A stretch of DNA of 64,000 nucleotides from an uncultured bacterium (GTDB taxonomy: Bacteria > Patescibacteriota > Saccharimonadia > UBA4664): assembly GCA_963720265.1 (NCBI GenBank), contig CAVRET010000002.1, positions 136,704 to 200,703 on the forward strand, written 5' to 3'. A program made the position numbers and the translations under genes. This document shows, piece after piece, positions 38,518-47,801 of this stretch. Below the pieces are notes generated by a model. The model was not told the origin of the DNA and did no database searches. It saw nothing but the letters and a program-made list of their open reading frames with translations. The stretch's first letter is position 1. Each line of letters opens with the position of its first letter.

Positions 38518-38570
38518 TGGCGGGAACTAGCGAACGATTTTCGAACTGTTTTGGCTTGAGAAAAGCCATA
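38518..38570 (+). repeat. attP-like arm, copy D4
   Basis: TGGCGGGAACTAGCGAACGATTTTCGAACTGTTTTGGCTTGA; first 7 nt equal the antisense tRNA-Asp 3' end. Confidence 0.85.
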
Positions 38571-38682
38571 TTCGCACAAATTCCCAAATAAGCCCTGACG
38601 GGGGCTACGCTCGTGCTTTAATTATGGCCCCCCAGATGGTATAAAGCTATAGTCCTCGCAACTTCAACAACCAGGAGGTACC

Positions 38683-39378
38683 GTGCGAAGGCCTGGCCTA
38701 GCAGTGGCAACCGCACTTCTTGCAGCCTCGCTGCTCGCCGTCGGCTGTAGTAGTCCCAGCAGTTCAACAGCAGACGCTCACAGCACCAGCAATACGAACT
38801 CAACGAGCACTGGCATAACGGTCAACAACGGGCCGACAGTCTCAACCATGAAGCCGGGTAAGCGGTTTACGGCCGTACCCGACTTCAGCGACTTTCAGGG
38901 TTGCGGGCGGCCATGCTGGCTGCCACTTTACGCTCAGCCGTGGGAGACGCCGCCGGCCGTAACCCACGGCTGGCCCTGTGAGTACTATGACCCGACGAGC
39001 TCAGACAACGGGCCGTACTGCCTGCACCCGCCAGCAAACCGGTCCAGGAACCAGATGGGCGACTCATCAGACCCCAACTCTGGCGACCGCGTGCTAGTGC
39101 TCTGCCAGACTACGACCCTGCCCAACGGGAGGCCAGCGCAAACGATTCGCAACGAAGCCGGCCAAGAGTCCGATGTCTGGGACAAGATAGCAGTGCCTAC
39201 GACTTTTATCGCGCCACTGAATCCGCCTATGGCGCTCATGCAAGTACCGGGCACCGAAGGTTACTTCTACGAAGCCTACGCGCCGGATATCTGGCTATTG
39301 AACAGCAGCATGAACACAAGCACCGGTCGGGCAAGTCTGCGGGTGCATAACATCCCCTGCAGCCAAGATGGTAGCTGA
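38683..39378 (+). CDS. Putative lipoprotein
   Basis: AGGAGG SD; signal ending LLAVGC; Ser/Thr linker; Cys-rich domain. Confidence 0.75.
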   Translation: MRRPGLAVATALLAASLLAVGCSSPSSSTADAHSTSNTNSTSTGITVNNGPTVSTMKPGKRFTAVPDFSDFQGCGRPCWLPLYAQPWETPPAVTHGWPCEYYDPTSSDNGPYCLHPPANRSRNQMGDSSDPNSGDRVLVLCQTTTLPNGRPAQTIRNEAGQESDVWDKIAVPTTFIAPLNPPMALMQVPGTEGYFYEAYAPDIWLLNSSMNTSTGRASLRVHNIPCSQDGS

Positions 39379-39614
39379 ATGACTCCGTCTAGCAGAACGT
39401 CTTAACAATACGCCACGCACACTGGCGCTACCCCTGATGAATAAGGCAACAGACCTCCGTTCATCGGGGGCTGTTGTTTGTTCTACTTCGAGTAAACATT
39501 CATAAACCATACCGGGTGCCAAGGTTACCTTACAGCTTAACAACAGCTTTTTTATATGTCTCGTTCGGTCGGCGATTTACGAAAAATAGCTTTACCAAGC
39601 TATAAATAAGTACT

Positions 39615-39691
39615 TGGCGGGCTCGACCGGATTCGAACCGGCGATCTCCTCCGTGACAGGGAGGCGTGTTAGGCCTCTACACTACGAGCCC
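39615..39691 (-). tRNA. tRNA-Asp(GTC)
   Basis: CCTCC-CTGTCAC-GGAGG; CCA end. Confidence 0.95.
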
Positions 39692-39739
39692 AAATAACCG
39701 TCAAATCGTAGCAGGTTTGAGGCTACGAAGCAACAACCT

Positions 39740-39849
39740 AGCGCGGAGGTAACGTTTGGAAGCCGAAGCGAGCGTGGTAGACATAGCGTAAGAGAATTAG
39801 CACCAAGCGCACGACCGTGAGCGAAGCTTCCGAGCGTTACCGCAGCGCT
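39740..39849. repeat. Long imperfect inverted repeat (REP/MITE-like)
   Basis: AGCGCGGAGGTAACGTTTGGAAGC ... GCTTCCGAGCGTTACCGCAGCGCT. Confidence 0.6.
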
Positions 39850-39852
39850 CAT

Positions 39853-40419
39853 CTAGTGATACCGGCTCTTCAGGTTCTCTCTCCCCCACTTGAGCGCCTT
39901 GGCCATCCAAATCAGCTCCTCGTACGAAGTCTCGATGTACTTCCGATACGCCGGGTCCGTTAGGTTGCCGTCAGCATCAAACAACTGCTCAATTTGCGGA
40001 AAATGCATATCAGTAAAGGTCGCCGCCAGCCCCAGCTCGCGCGTTGTCAGCGTCAGCGCCTCGATCGCCCGCACCCCTCCCCAGCGCTGGCTAGAGCACC
40101 CGGCAAATGCCACCGGTTTGTGAATGTAGTATTCAAGCTCCGAGTCGAGCATGCGCTTGAGCGAGCCCGGAAAGCTGTGGTTGTACTCCGGCGTCACAAT
40201 GAAGAACGCTTCCGAGCGCTTCACAATCTCGCCGTACCGCGGATCTTTACCCTCGGGATCATTGCCGTCACCCGGAAAGTTGAAATCCACCGGGTCCACA
40301 AACGTGATCTCCACTCCCGGCTGTTCCCGTCCGATCTCTGCTACTAACTTCGCAGCGTGAATCGACACCCGCTGGACCCGGGTTGTTCCGGCCAGTACGG
40401 CGATCTTAAGAGGCTGCAT
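39853..40419 (-). CDS. NADPH-dependent FMN reductase
   Basis: GTTR, TPEYNHSFPGSLK, KP, GGVRA. Confidence 0.9.
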   Translation of the reverse strand: MQPLKIAVLAGTTRVQRVSIHAAKLVAEIGREQPGVEITFVDPVDFNFPGDGNDPEGKDPRYGEIVKRSEAFFIVTPEYNHSFPGSLKRMLDSELEYYIHKPVAFAGCSSQRWGGVRAIEALTLTTRELGLAATFTDMHFPQIEQLFDADGNLTDPAYRKYIETSYEELIWMAKALKWGRENLKSRYH

Positions 40420-40429
40420 ATTCCCTCCG

Positions 40430-41434
40430 TTATTGCTTAATGAAGACGTGAACCTTGGCCCTCTTGATCTGCCCTTGCATATAAGTGTTGAAGTCAGTCG
40501 TCTTCACCAGGATTTCCTGCGCATGAATTGAGCCGTCGGGGTTTTTGGCTATCACTTTGTAAACCGCATACCCGCCCGATACTTTCACCACGTCTGACAC
40601 CTGCCCCGGCTGCAGTGCATTCACTGCCGTCCACACATCACTCGGCACCTGGCTCTTGGTGAAGTTGCCCATGTCGCCGCCGTTTGCCGCATCAGTCGCT
40701 TGCGACTCCTTTTTTGCCAGTGTGGCAAAATCCGACCCACCCTTAATCTCGCTCAAAATGCTTTGCGCCTTAGCCTTGGCCGCTGCTGCCGCCGGTCCAT
40801 TCGTGACCGCGTTTTGCACATCTTGTTGCAACAGTTGCTCCCGGATTACTTTCTTGAGGTCATTCAGATTCCAGCCATAAACCTGATTAAGCATCTTGAG
40901 CAGTGTCGCCTGACCACCATACCGCTCATAAAACTGGCTCAACAGATTGTTAACGTCCTTGTCGCTCAGCTTCACGTGCTCCTGCCCAGCGAGTTGTGCC
41001 ACCAGCGCCTGCAGCTCCAACGTATTGAGCGACTGCTTCTTCATCGATGCCACCAGTTTTTTGCCACTCGCCGAGTTAAAGTTTACCGCCGCCTGGTTGT
41101 TGAGCTTGGAATTATACTGATACGCCCGCTCGTTCAGATTGAGCTGGAACAAATAATCGCTGTAACGTACCCAATGCCCGTTTACCGTCTCCACCGGATA
41201 TGGCACCACCTCTGCGGCTGCGTTAACGGCTGGATTATCACTCTGGTAGGCGTAAATCATGACCCCAAACAGCACCACGAGTATTACTGCCAGACCCACC
41301 ACTATACCTGCTACGATCATGGCTGGACGCTTCCAGCCGCGGTGCGCCTTGGACTCACTCGATGATTCAGTTGTCTCGCTTGGCATAAACTCCTTTATGG
41401 CCGCAGGCAGCTCACCGCCGGGCTCCGGCTTCAC
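40430..41434 (-). CDS. SurA/PrsA-like parvulin PPIase
   Basis: TM anchor, VNG, DFATLAKKES...NGGDMG. Confidence 0.88.
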   Translation of the reverse strand: MKPEPGGELPAAIKEFMPSETTESSSESKAHRGWKRPAMIVAGIVVGLAVILVVLFGVMIYAYQSDNPAVNAAAEVVPYPVETVNGHWVRYSDYLFQLNLNERAYQYNSKLNNQAAVNFNSASGKKLVASMKKQSLNTLELQALVAQLAGQEHVKLSDKDVNNLLSQFYERYGGQATLLKMLNQVYGWNLNDLKKVIREQLLQQDVQNAVTNGPAAAAAKAKAQSILSEIKGGSDFATLAKKESQATDAANGGDMGNFTKSQVPSDVWTAVNALQPGQVSDVVKVSGGYAVYKVIAKNPDGSIHAQEILVKTTDFNTYMQGQIKRAKVHVFIKQ

Positions 41435-41571
41435 ATGTGATTACAATGCTAACGTATGTATCTCGCGCTGTCGACCCAGGCTGTCCGACGATTTGCACCT
41501 TGCGGTCCGCTTGGTAGTTGGGTTTATAGTAGCCACATTGACAACTCCCTCAACCCGAGAGGCAGGCTCCA

Positions 41572-41970
41572 GTGTGGGTCCTACTATGGCGATGGTTCCG
41601 ACTGCTCGTACCAGTCCTGGGCGCGCAGTTCGCGATCCAGGCCGGCATCGAGTACCTCTGGCTCGACCGCACCTGGCACATGGGACGAATGTGGTTCAAC
41701 CTCGCGCTCGTGTCGTTCGTCATGATGCTGATAGTGATCTGGGTTAGTCGCATCAAGCGCGGATGGGTCTACATCCTGACGTTCATTATCCTCTTCTACG
41801 TCCTGCAAATTCAGCGGCAACTCCTCGAACCGATCATTACCAACGCGGCGATCCGCTGGCCCATCAACCAGCAACTGGCCTACTGCGGCGTAGTGATGGT
41901 AATGGCGCTCATCATCGCGACCCGCGTCGAGAGCCTATACCAGGACACCGAGGAAGTAATCTTCGGCTAG
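41572..41970 (+). CDS. Membrane protein (4 TM)
   Basis: Hydrophobic pattern. Confidence 0.55.
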   Translation: MWVLLWRWFRLLVPVLGAQFAIQAGIEYLWLDRTWHMGRMWFNLALVSFVMMLIVIWVSRIKRGWVYILTFIILFYVLQIQRQLLEPIITNAAIRWPINQQLAYCGVVMVMALIIATRVESLYQDTEEVIFG

Positions 41971-42072
41971 GACCCGCTCCGCGGTGCCGGAGACTATCAA
42001 GAGGGAGTGCCAATCACAAGCCGGTCGCGCGAATGCGGCCGGCTCCCTCTTTGCTATAATCGCTGTTAGCGT

Positions 42073-42148
42073 GCCCCGGTAGCTCAGCGGATAGAGCGTC
42101 TCCGTCCTAAGGAGAGCGTCGGGGGTTCGATTCCCTCCCGGGGCACCA
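42073..42148 (+). tRNA. tRNA-Arg(CCT)
   Basis: TCTCC-GTCCTAA-GGAGA; GGTTCGATTCC; CCA end. Confidence 0.93.
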
Positions 42149-43739
42149 ATGAAGCTTCTTCAGAACTACCGTCTAATAAAATAGGCTTAAGAGAAGCATT
42201 CCCATTGCCCGCACCGGCCGCCACCAGTTGGCGGCTTTTGGTTCGCATCACCGTAATCGTCTTAAACGGCTCCATGAGTACTGCTTCAGTAACGCCGCTT
42301 GGCACGTCCACCAGTACCCGCTCAAACAGGGCCTGGTTCATGCGCCGCCTTAGCATATCCGGAGCTAGCCGGTAGAAGCGGTCACAATCCTTCAACAGAT
42401 CGAGGGCCACTTGCAGTAAGCCTTCAACATCGGAAAACTGCTTCCGGGCACCTGCTAGTAGCCCTTCCGCTTGCTCTGACTCATGGTTAATACGCGACTG
42501 CTCTTCGGCTAACACATCTAGCTCAAGAGCGCCTGCATAATACGCCTGGAGCAATTTGGAGCGCTCCAGTTTGAGTTTACGCAACTTCTCGGCCTGGATA
42601 CGTTCGTCACGCTCATTTACTTCCTGGCGGCTTGTGAGCTGAACACGGATCTGTTCCTTTATCGCGCTAGCCTCGTCTTCGCTCAGCTTTAGCGTCCGGT
42701 AGTGCTCAACCAAGCTTTGTTCCGCATCTTCGGCCGCCACATATGGCAAGTCACACTCATGGCGATGCGGTCTAGCTGCGCAGAAGTAGTACAGGTACGT
42801 TTCCTTCTTTGCACTCGCTATACACATTCGTGACCCACACCGACCGCAATACAGAGTGCTTTTCAGATAGTGATTATGTCTGCGCTGCTTCTCGCCAGCC
42901 GACCGCGATTGCAATACCTGCTGCACTCGATTGAACAGCTCTTTCGGTACCAGCGGTTCATGCCGACCTTCGTACTCAACACCGCGATAGGTAATGACTC
43001 CGCAATAGTAGGCATTGTGCAGCAACTTTGCCAACACCTGGTGCCGTAGCACACGTCCATCAGTGCGCTTGCTACTGCGAGGTAATAGTCCTCGCGCGGT
43101 CATAATCTCGGCTAACTGTATTAATGAGTACTCGCCAGTGGCATACATCTCAAAGGCCAACTTCACCAATGGCGCCCTATGAGGGTCCACCACTACTGTG
43201 CGCACATCATGACCATCCACGGTAGCACTGGTATTAATATAGCCAACTGGCGCCAAAGTGAGTGTGCCACCGCTCTTGGCCTTTTGTGTCATGCCCTTTA
43301 TCACTTCGGTGGCCAAGTTCCCGGAGTAGAATTCGGCTATGGTCGCCATTATCCCATGGAGCAATCTTCCTGAGGGAGTGGCATCGATGTTCTCGGTCGC
43401 CGAAACTAACTGCGCCCCTGCTGCTCGAATGGCTAGGTTGATCGAAAAATCGTCATCCCGGTTCCGGGCCAGTCGATCCACCTTGTGAACCAGAACGTAG
43501 TCGATATCCTTATCTGCTTTGAGTTTGGCCAACATATCTTTGAGCCGTGGCCGGTCTGCAGATCGCGCCGATTCGCCACGGTCAATGTATTCGGCCACCA
43601 CCTCTGCACCAAGGCTATCAGCCTTGCGTCGGCAAGCCTCGCGTTGGGCCGGAATTGAATAGCCTTCCGGATCTTGATCTTTTTGAGCTTGTTCGAGCGT
43701 CGAAACGCGTAAGTAAATAACAGCTTTCTTCATAGGCAT
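42084..43739 (-). CDS. Large serine recombinase
   Basis: YLRVST, DRLAR, recombinase domain, CGRCG..YYFC Zn ribbon, coiled coil; C-terminus reads antisense through tRNA-Arg. Confidence 0.95.
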   Translation of the reverse strand: MPMKKAVIYLRVSTLEQAQKDQDPEGYSIPAQREACRRKADSLGAEVVAEYIDRGESARSADRPRLKDMLAKLKADKDIDYVLVHKVDRLARNRDDDFSINLAIRAAGAQLVSATENIDATPSGRLLHGIMATIAEFYSGNLATEVIKGMTQKAKSGGTLTLAPVGYINTSATVDGHDVRTVVVDPHRAPLVKLAFEMYATGEYSLIQLAEIMTARGLLPRSSKRTDGRVLRHQVLAKLLHNAYYCGVITYRGVEYEGRHEPLVPKELFNRVQQVLQSRSAGEKQRRHNHYLKSTLYCGRCGSRMCIASAKKETYLYYFCAARPHRHECDLPYVAAEDAEQSLVEHYRTLKLSEDEASAIKEQIRVQLTSRQEVNERDERIQAEKLRKLKLERSKLLQAYYAGALELDVLAEEQSRINHESEQAEGLLAGARKQFSDVEGLLQVALDLLKDCDRFYRLAPDMLRRRMNQALFERVLVDVPSGVTEAVLMEPFKTITVMRTKSRQLVAAGAGNGNASLKPILLDGSSEEASLVPREGIEPPTLSLGRRRSIR

Positions 43740-43826
43740 GTCCTCCCGATTAATGGATCAGGAGAGGATACCAGATCTGAAGCCGATGGAAAGAGGCGTT
43801 CTACAGATATAGCCTATAATGGAACC

Positions 43827-44078
43827 ATGAATTCTATCGATATTAGAATCTGGCCATCAGTGAGCCGTTACCCCAAGGGAGGTTGGGAACACGCCTATAC
43901 ACTGCCAGATGGCGGCAAAGGAGGTGGCGGTCATAGGAACGTAACTTTAGATCAGGCCAAATCACTTATCTCGACTACGCTCGCAGAAATGGGCTACGCG
44001 GACTATCAGCTCAACTTTATCGTTGGCGACATGGTATTTACGCCTCTAGGCGAGCACGATGATTCAGACTCTGCTTAA
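43827..44078 (+). CDS. Hypothetical protein
   Basis: 83-aa ORF with TATAAT just upstream. Confidence 0.55.
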   Translation: MNSIDIRIWPSVSRYPKGGWEHAYTLPDGGKGGGGHRNVTLDQAKSLISTTLAEMGYADYQLNFIVGDMVFTPLGEHDDSDSA

Positions 44079-44849
44079 CACCTCCATTACATGCTCAATC
44101 AGCTCAACCTGGAAGATACGCCGATGGTGAATTGGCAGGCGCTGGACGAGCTGGTCGATTACTGCCTTGCGGCTGTCATCTGGAACAAGAAATAGTACCT
44201 TCGGAAATACCCCGGTCTGATGCTGTTCGCGGCCTCTAGCCCAATACTTTGTGTAAGCATCAAGCTTTTGCCTCAGTTGTGGCCTGCGCTCGGTGCCCAA
44301 GTCCATCTCGATAAACCAGTAATAGGCATATTGACCAATATGCGTCTTCACATTAGCGTCCGGCCGCAGGAGCTGGCGCCCATAGACACCAACGTCCCGC
44401 CGAGGCTCAACTTGAAACGATTTAACGGTTAGCTTGTCTTCGCGCTCCAGCTCCTTTAGCCCCACGTATAACTCGGTAACGGCCAAAGCGTGACCGATAT
44501 ACTGCTCACCTGGGAGTTTCGGCGTCCTCACGGGTGATGTCCCACGACTCAGCAAGGCAATTGCCGGACGTGCCAGGGTAAGCACCATGCTAGCTGACCC
44601 GGCTCGTACACCCCCAACTTGTCGTGGTAAGCGAGTGATTATCCGTTGATCTGCCAATCGTTTAAGGATTCGAGCTGCCACACGTGTGTTACCAAGAGGG
44701 GTACCATCATATACATGAACTCGTTGTATCTGTCGGCTTGTAGCAAATCGTACTCGTAGTAGCGTCTTCAAAACTGCCAAATCACGTTCACTGAGCTCAT
44801 ATGCGTGCCTGTCTACGTAGGCGGTTATAGTACAGGATGTCATATACAT
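44064..44849 (-). CDS. Replication-relaxation (Replic_Relax) family protein
   Basis: LSERD...L...RFAT..QI, HALAVTE, RPDA, FIEMDLGTE, KL.AY, FP.VL. Confidence 0.85.
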   Translation of the reverse strand: MYMTSCTITAYVDRHAYELSERDLAVLKTLLRVRFATSRQIQRVHVYDGTPLGNTRVAARILKRLADQRIITRLPRQVGGVRAGSASMVLTLARPAIALLSRGTSPVRTPKLPGEQYIGHALAVTELYVGLKELEREDKLTVKSFQVEPRRDVGVYGRQLLRPDANVKTHIGQYAYYWFIEMDLGTERRPQLRQKLDAYTKYWARGREQHQTGVFPKVLFLVPDDSRKAVIDQLVQRLPIHHRRIFQVELIEHVMEVLSRV

Positions 44850-45341
44850 TCCTGTATATAAGTCACACGCGTACCTTTGCGTCCGGCACGTCCCCCAAGC
44901 GATTCAGCTTGTCTTGTGGACCACACGATTTGAATAGCGGTGCGAGCACTAATTCTTACTGCATTTATCTTCATATTCTGGGTCCTCCGCTTACTGAACT
45001 GGAGAGGATACCAGATGTGGGCACAAAAAATACAAAATCGCCGCCGGTAAACACTAAATAATGGCTGTACGTACAGGCATTAGGTTCATCCGAGAACAAT
45101 TAATTAGATAATGGTACATTTTGAAGAAATCACCGGTGAGGCTATAATGACATTACGCAATGAAAGTGCTTATGGTACATCATAAGCAGAGTAAGTTACG
45201 ACAGAAGGGAAATAGAACGAACATTATGTCTAGTTCTGACTAGTATTACCCGAAGGTAAAGGGGCTGCGAACGCAGCCCCTTTAAATTGCTCACGGAATT
45301 TTATTGCTTTAGGCTATGGTATAGGAAAAGAGAGACAACGG

Positions 45342-46244
45342 ATGATGATGCCAGACTGGGAAGACGTGCTCAAGTTCTTTCGAGATGTTTTCACTACCGC
45401 GATAGTCGAAAAAATTCTTGGTGTGGCAATTGGTGCGCTTATTGGAGCAGCCCTAGGTGGAGCAACAGAACGTGGAATTGCCCCAGAAATCGGCGGCGCC
45501 ATAGGTGCGATAGTAGGCTTCGTAACCGCCATGCTTGTCGTTCGTTCAAGAATAAAGAACGCAAAAAAGCCACCACAGATCACACTCTATCAACATATTA
45601 TTCACAGCTATGATAGTGAGCACAAACTCCGACGTGTGCGTGAGAAAAGACGCGTTAAAAACATGACCTCCGACAACATGGAATCGGTACGCGTAGGAAT
45701 TGGACCAGTCGGCCCAGATCTTCCTATTTACGTATCTACCGACACGCAGAAAATAGATGCAGCAAGGCAAGCTAAGCGCCCATATGGCGTGATCATGGCG
45801 ATTGATAGCGGCACTATTAACTATCGCGAGCAAGACCGGGATCCCATGACGCACGATATCCTGTTCGATTTTAACTTCGACTACCCATTACCAGGTCACA
45901 AGCGCCAAGAGGAGCATTTCATTTTCGAAACAACTTACTACGGAGAGTCGCATTACTACAAGCGAAATTATGTAAGCATACGACCACGAACAACTAGAAA
46001 AAAGGCGAGATTTACACTTGAGTTCACGGCTGATTCTCGCCCTCGTGGAGGGGTAGTCTACCCAACCAAATGGCCGTCAGGCCATGACGCGGAGGCCAAT
46101 GGAGATCGTATTGCTCACAAAAAGAAGATGGTGGATAGTGATAACCGATTGCACTATCGTTGGCCAGGCTGGCTTCTTGGAAGCCCAAATAAGAAGATAA
46201 CGTACGGTTTGTCTTGGGATCCTCCAACATCTCGGTCAACCTAA
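45342..46244 (+). CDS. Membrane-anchored hypothetical protein
   Basis: Two Gly-zipper TMs followed by a beta-rich domain. Confidence 0.65.
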   Translation: MMMPDWEDVLKFFRDVFTTAIVEKILGVAIGALIGAALGGATERGIAPEIGGAIGAIVGFVTAMLVVRSRIKNAKKPPQITLYQHIIHSYDSEHKLRRVREKRRVKNMTSDNMESVRVGIGPVGPDLPIYVSTDTQKIDAARQAKRPYGVIMAIDSGTINYREQDRDPMTHDILFDFNFDYPLPGHKRQEEHFIFETTYYGESHYYKRNYVSIRPRTTRKKARFTLEFTADSRPRGGVVYPTKWPSGHDAEANGDRIAHKKKMVDSDNRLHYRWPGWLLGSPNKKITYGLSWDPPTSRST

Positions 46245-46251
46245 GATTGCA

Positions 46252-47745
46252 CTAGAAAACTTTGTAAGAGGCGGCGGCACGTTTGTTCTGGAGCCGAATG
46301 CTCACTTGATAGCCGTGTTTGTTAAACAGATACATCAATTGCTCGCCATTAATGAGTGTTAACGGCTTGTCTTTGGCAAAGTCTCGGGCTTCGGGACCGT
46401 AGTAGCTGGTCGTCACCAAGATTCCCTTAACCGCACCCTCATTGAGCACCGTACCGTATAAATCGCGCACTGCGCTAACTGGAACGAGGTTATTGTAGCG
46501 CTTAGCCTGAATAACGAACTTGCCACCACGTATTGGGTCTGGGTCGTAGGCAATAGCGTCGACGCCTTCGTCGCGCGACGCTTGCGTTACTTCGACTTTA
46601 GCCCCGTCATTTCCAAACTCGCGCTGGAACAAATCGCGCACTAAGATCTCAAACTGTTGCCAGTCCATACTGGCTAGGTTCTGCGAGTCATCCACCGAGT
46701 CAAGCACCGCACTGGCCTCAATAATCCGCTTATCACTGGTGTTCATCTGAAGGATAGGCTTAACCGGAGCCAAGTTCACCAGGTTGCCAGCCGATACTCC
46801 TTTGAGGTGCCGGAAACAGTCTCTCGGACTAATGTGATCAAGTTGGAGCTCTTCAAACTCACGCCTATTAACCTGCAAGCTCAGTACACAATTTCGGAAT
46901 GCCTTTCCGGTCTGCGGGTCGAATCCTGAAACGTAGCCATTGAAACCGACCGTCACGACCGCGTTGGCGTAATCGGCACTAAACACTTCATGTAATGTCC
47001 GTAAGGCTATTTGATATAAGGTCGAATTATAGAACTCCTCGAATTCGCGCTGCTTCATCTCTTTCGCAACAGAGGCATCCTTGCTCGGGGAGTAAGCGTA
47101 CTCAGTCACCCGTGGTACCCGATCGGTATTGGGTAGCTCCACCTCCACAAGCATGAGCTTACTTTGCGGCTCGTACTGCACTTGAGGAGCCAGACTTAGT
47201 GAAGACGGGTATTTTGACAGCACCAAGACGCGCTGGATGTACTTCAGGACTGCCGCAGGCGTCTTGCTCTCATAAGCGGCTTTCATCCTGTCGACTTTCT
47301 TGTTGTGCTCAACTTGCTCAGCGAGGTAAAGCTCCTTGTCTTTCTCGTAGGCCCTCTGAGCTTGGTCAAAGGCTTTCTTTGCTTCTTCTTCTGCAATCTG
47401 GTGCTTTGCTTTCATGCCAGGCACCAATCCCGAGAGCTTGGAAAAATGTGGCGCAAATTCGTCCCATTGAGGCGGCTTCTTGAACGATTCCTTATCGTAC
47501 AATTCATCCCAATTGAGCTTATTCTCGTGCAATAGCGCTGTGGCCAACAACTGCTGAAAGGCCGAGATGTCAGCTTGAGCATGCGTCGACATATTCTGGG
47601 ATTTTGCTCGACTTAGATCCTTTTCCCAACGCTTCTGCAACACCAAAAGCTTATTGGCAACCACCGCCTGGGTACTCCCAGTTACGGTTACCGTTTCACC
47701 AGTTACTGGATGAGTGACTGTTTTGTAGTAAGACATACGACTCAT
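46252..47745 (-). CDS. Mrr-like (type IV) restriction endonuclease
   Basis: FEILV..LF, D.GVD, IQAKRY, GILVTTS, LING. Confidence 0.88.
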   Translation of the reverse strand: MSRMSYYKTVTHPVTGETVTVTGSTQAVVANKLLVLQKRWEKDLSRAKSQNMSTHAQADISAFQQLLATALLHENKLNWDELYDKESFKKPPQWDEFAPHFSKLSGLVPGMKAKHQIAEEEAKKAFDQAQRAYEKDKELYLAEQVEHNKKVDRMKAAYESKTPAAVLKYIQRVLVLSKYPSSLSLAPQVQYEPQSKLMLVEVELPNTDRVPRVTEYAYSPSKDASVAKEMKQREFEEFYNSTLYQIALRTLHEVFSADYANAVVTVGFNGYVSGFDPQTGKAFRNCVLSLQVNRREFEELQLDHISPRDCFRHLKGVSAGNLVNLAPVKPILQMNTSDKRIIEASAVLDSVDDSQNLASMDWQQFEILVRDLFQREFGNDGAKVEVTQASRDEGVDAIAYDPDPIRGGKFVIQAKRYNNLVPVSAVRDLYGTVLNEGAVKGILVTTSYYGPEARDFAKDKPLTLINGEQLMYLFNKHGYQVSIRLQNKRAAASYKVF

Positions 47746-47801
47746 ATGATTACCTCACGGCTCATCATAGCAAAAATCATGCAAACGACCATAAGACCGA
47801 T

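Noticed and set aside
35712-38546. GAAC-N7-GAAC in the Asp-array repeats as an alphaproteobacterial-type LexA box
   Set aside because: One copy lies between convergent gene ends, conservation extends well beyond the motif, and the repeats connect to the tRNA-Asp end; att arms explain them better.
28850-38570. Repeats as a CRISPR array or integron attC sites
   Set aside because: Spacing is irregular and gene-sized, no cas genes are present, there are no RYYYAAC/GTTRRRY attC boxes, and the tyrosine recombinase at 57869 lacks the IntI insertion and looks like Xer.
42084-43739. This LSR as the enzyme serving the Gly and Asp arrays
   Set aside because: Its att arm and reading frame across the core (LV) differ from the arrays (WC/WR), and its distal arm shows no GAAC +5 mimic; the cognate enzymes are probably elsewhere.
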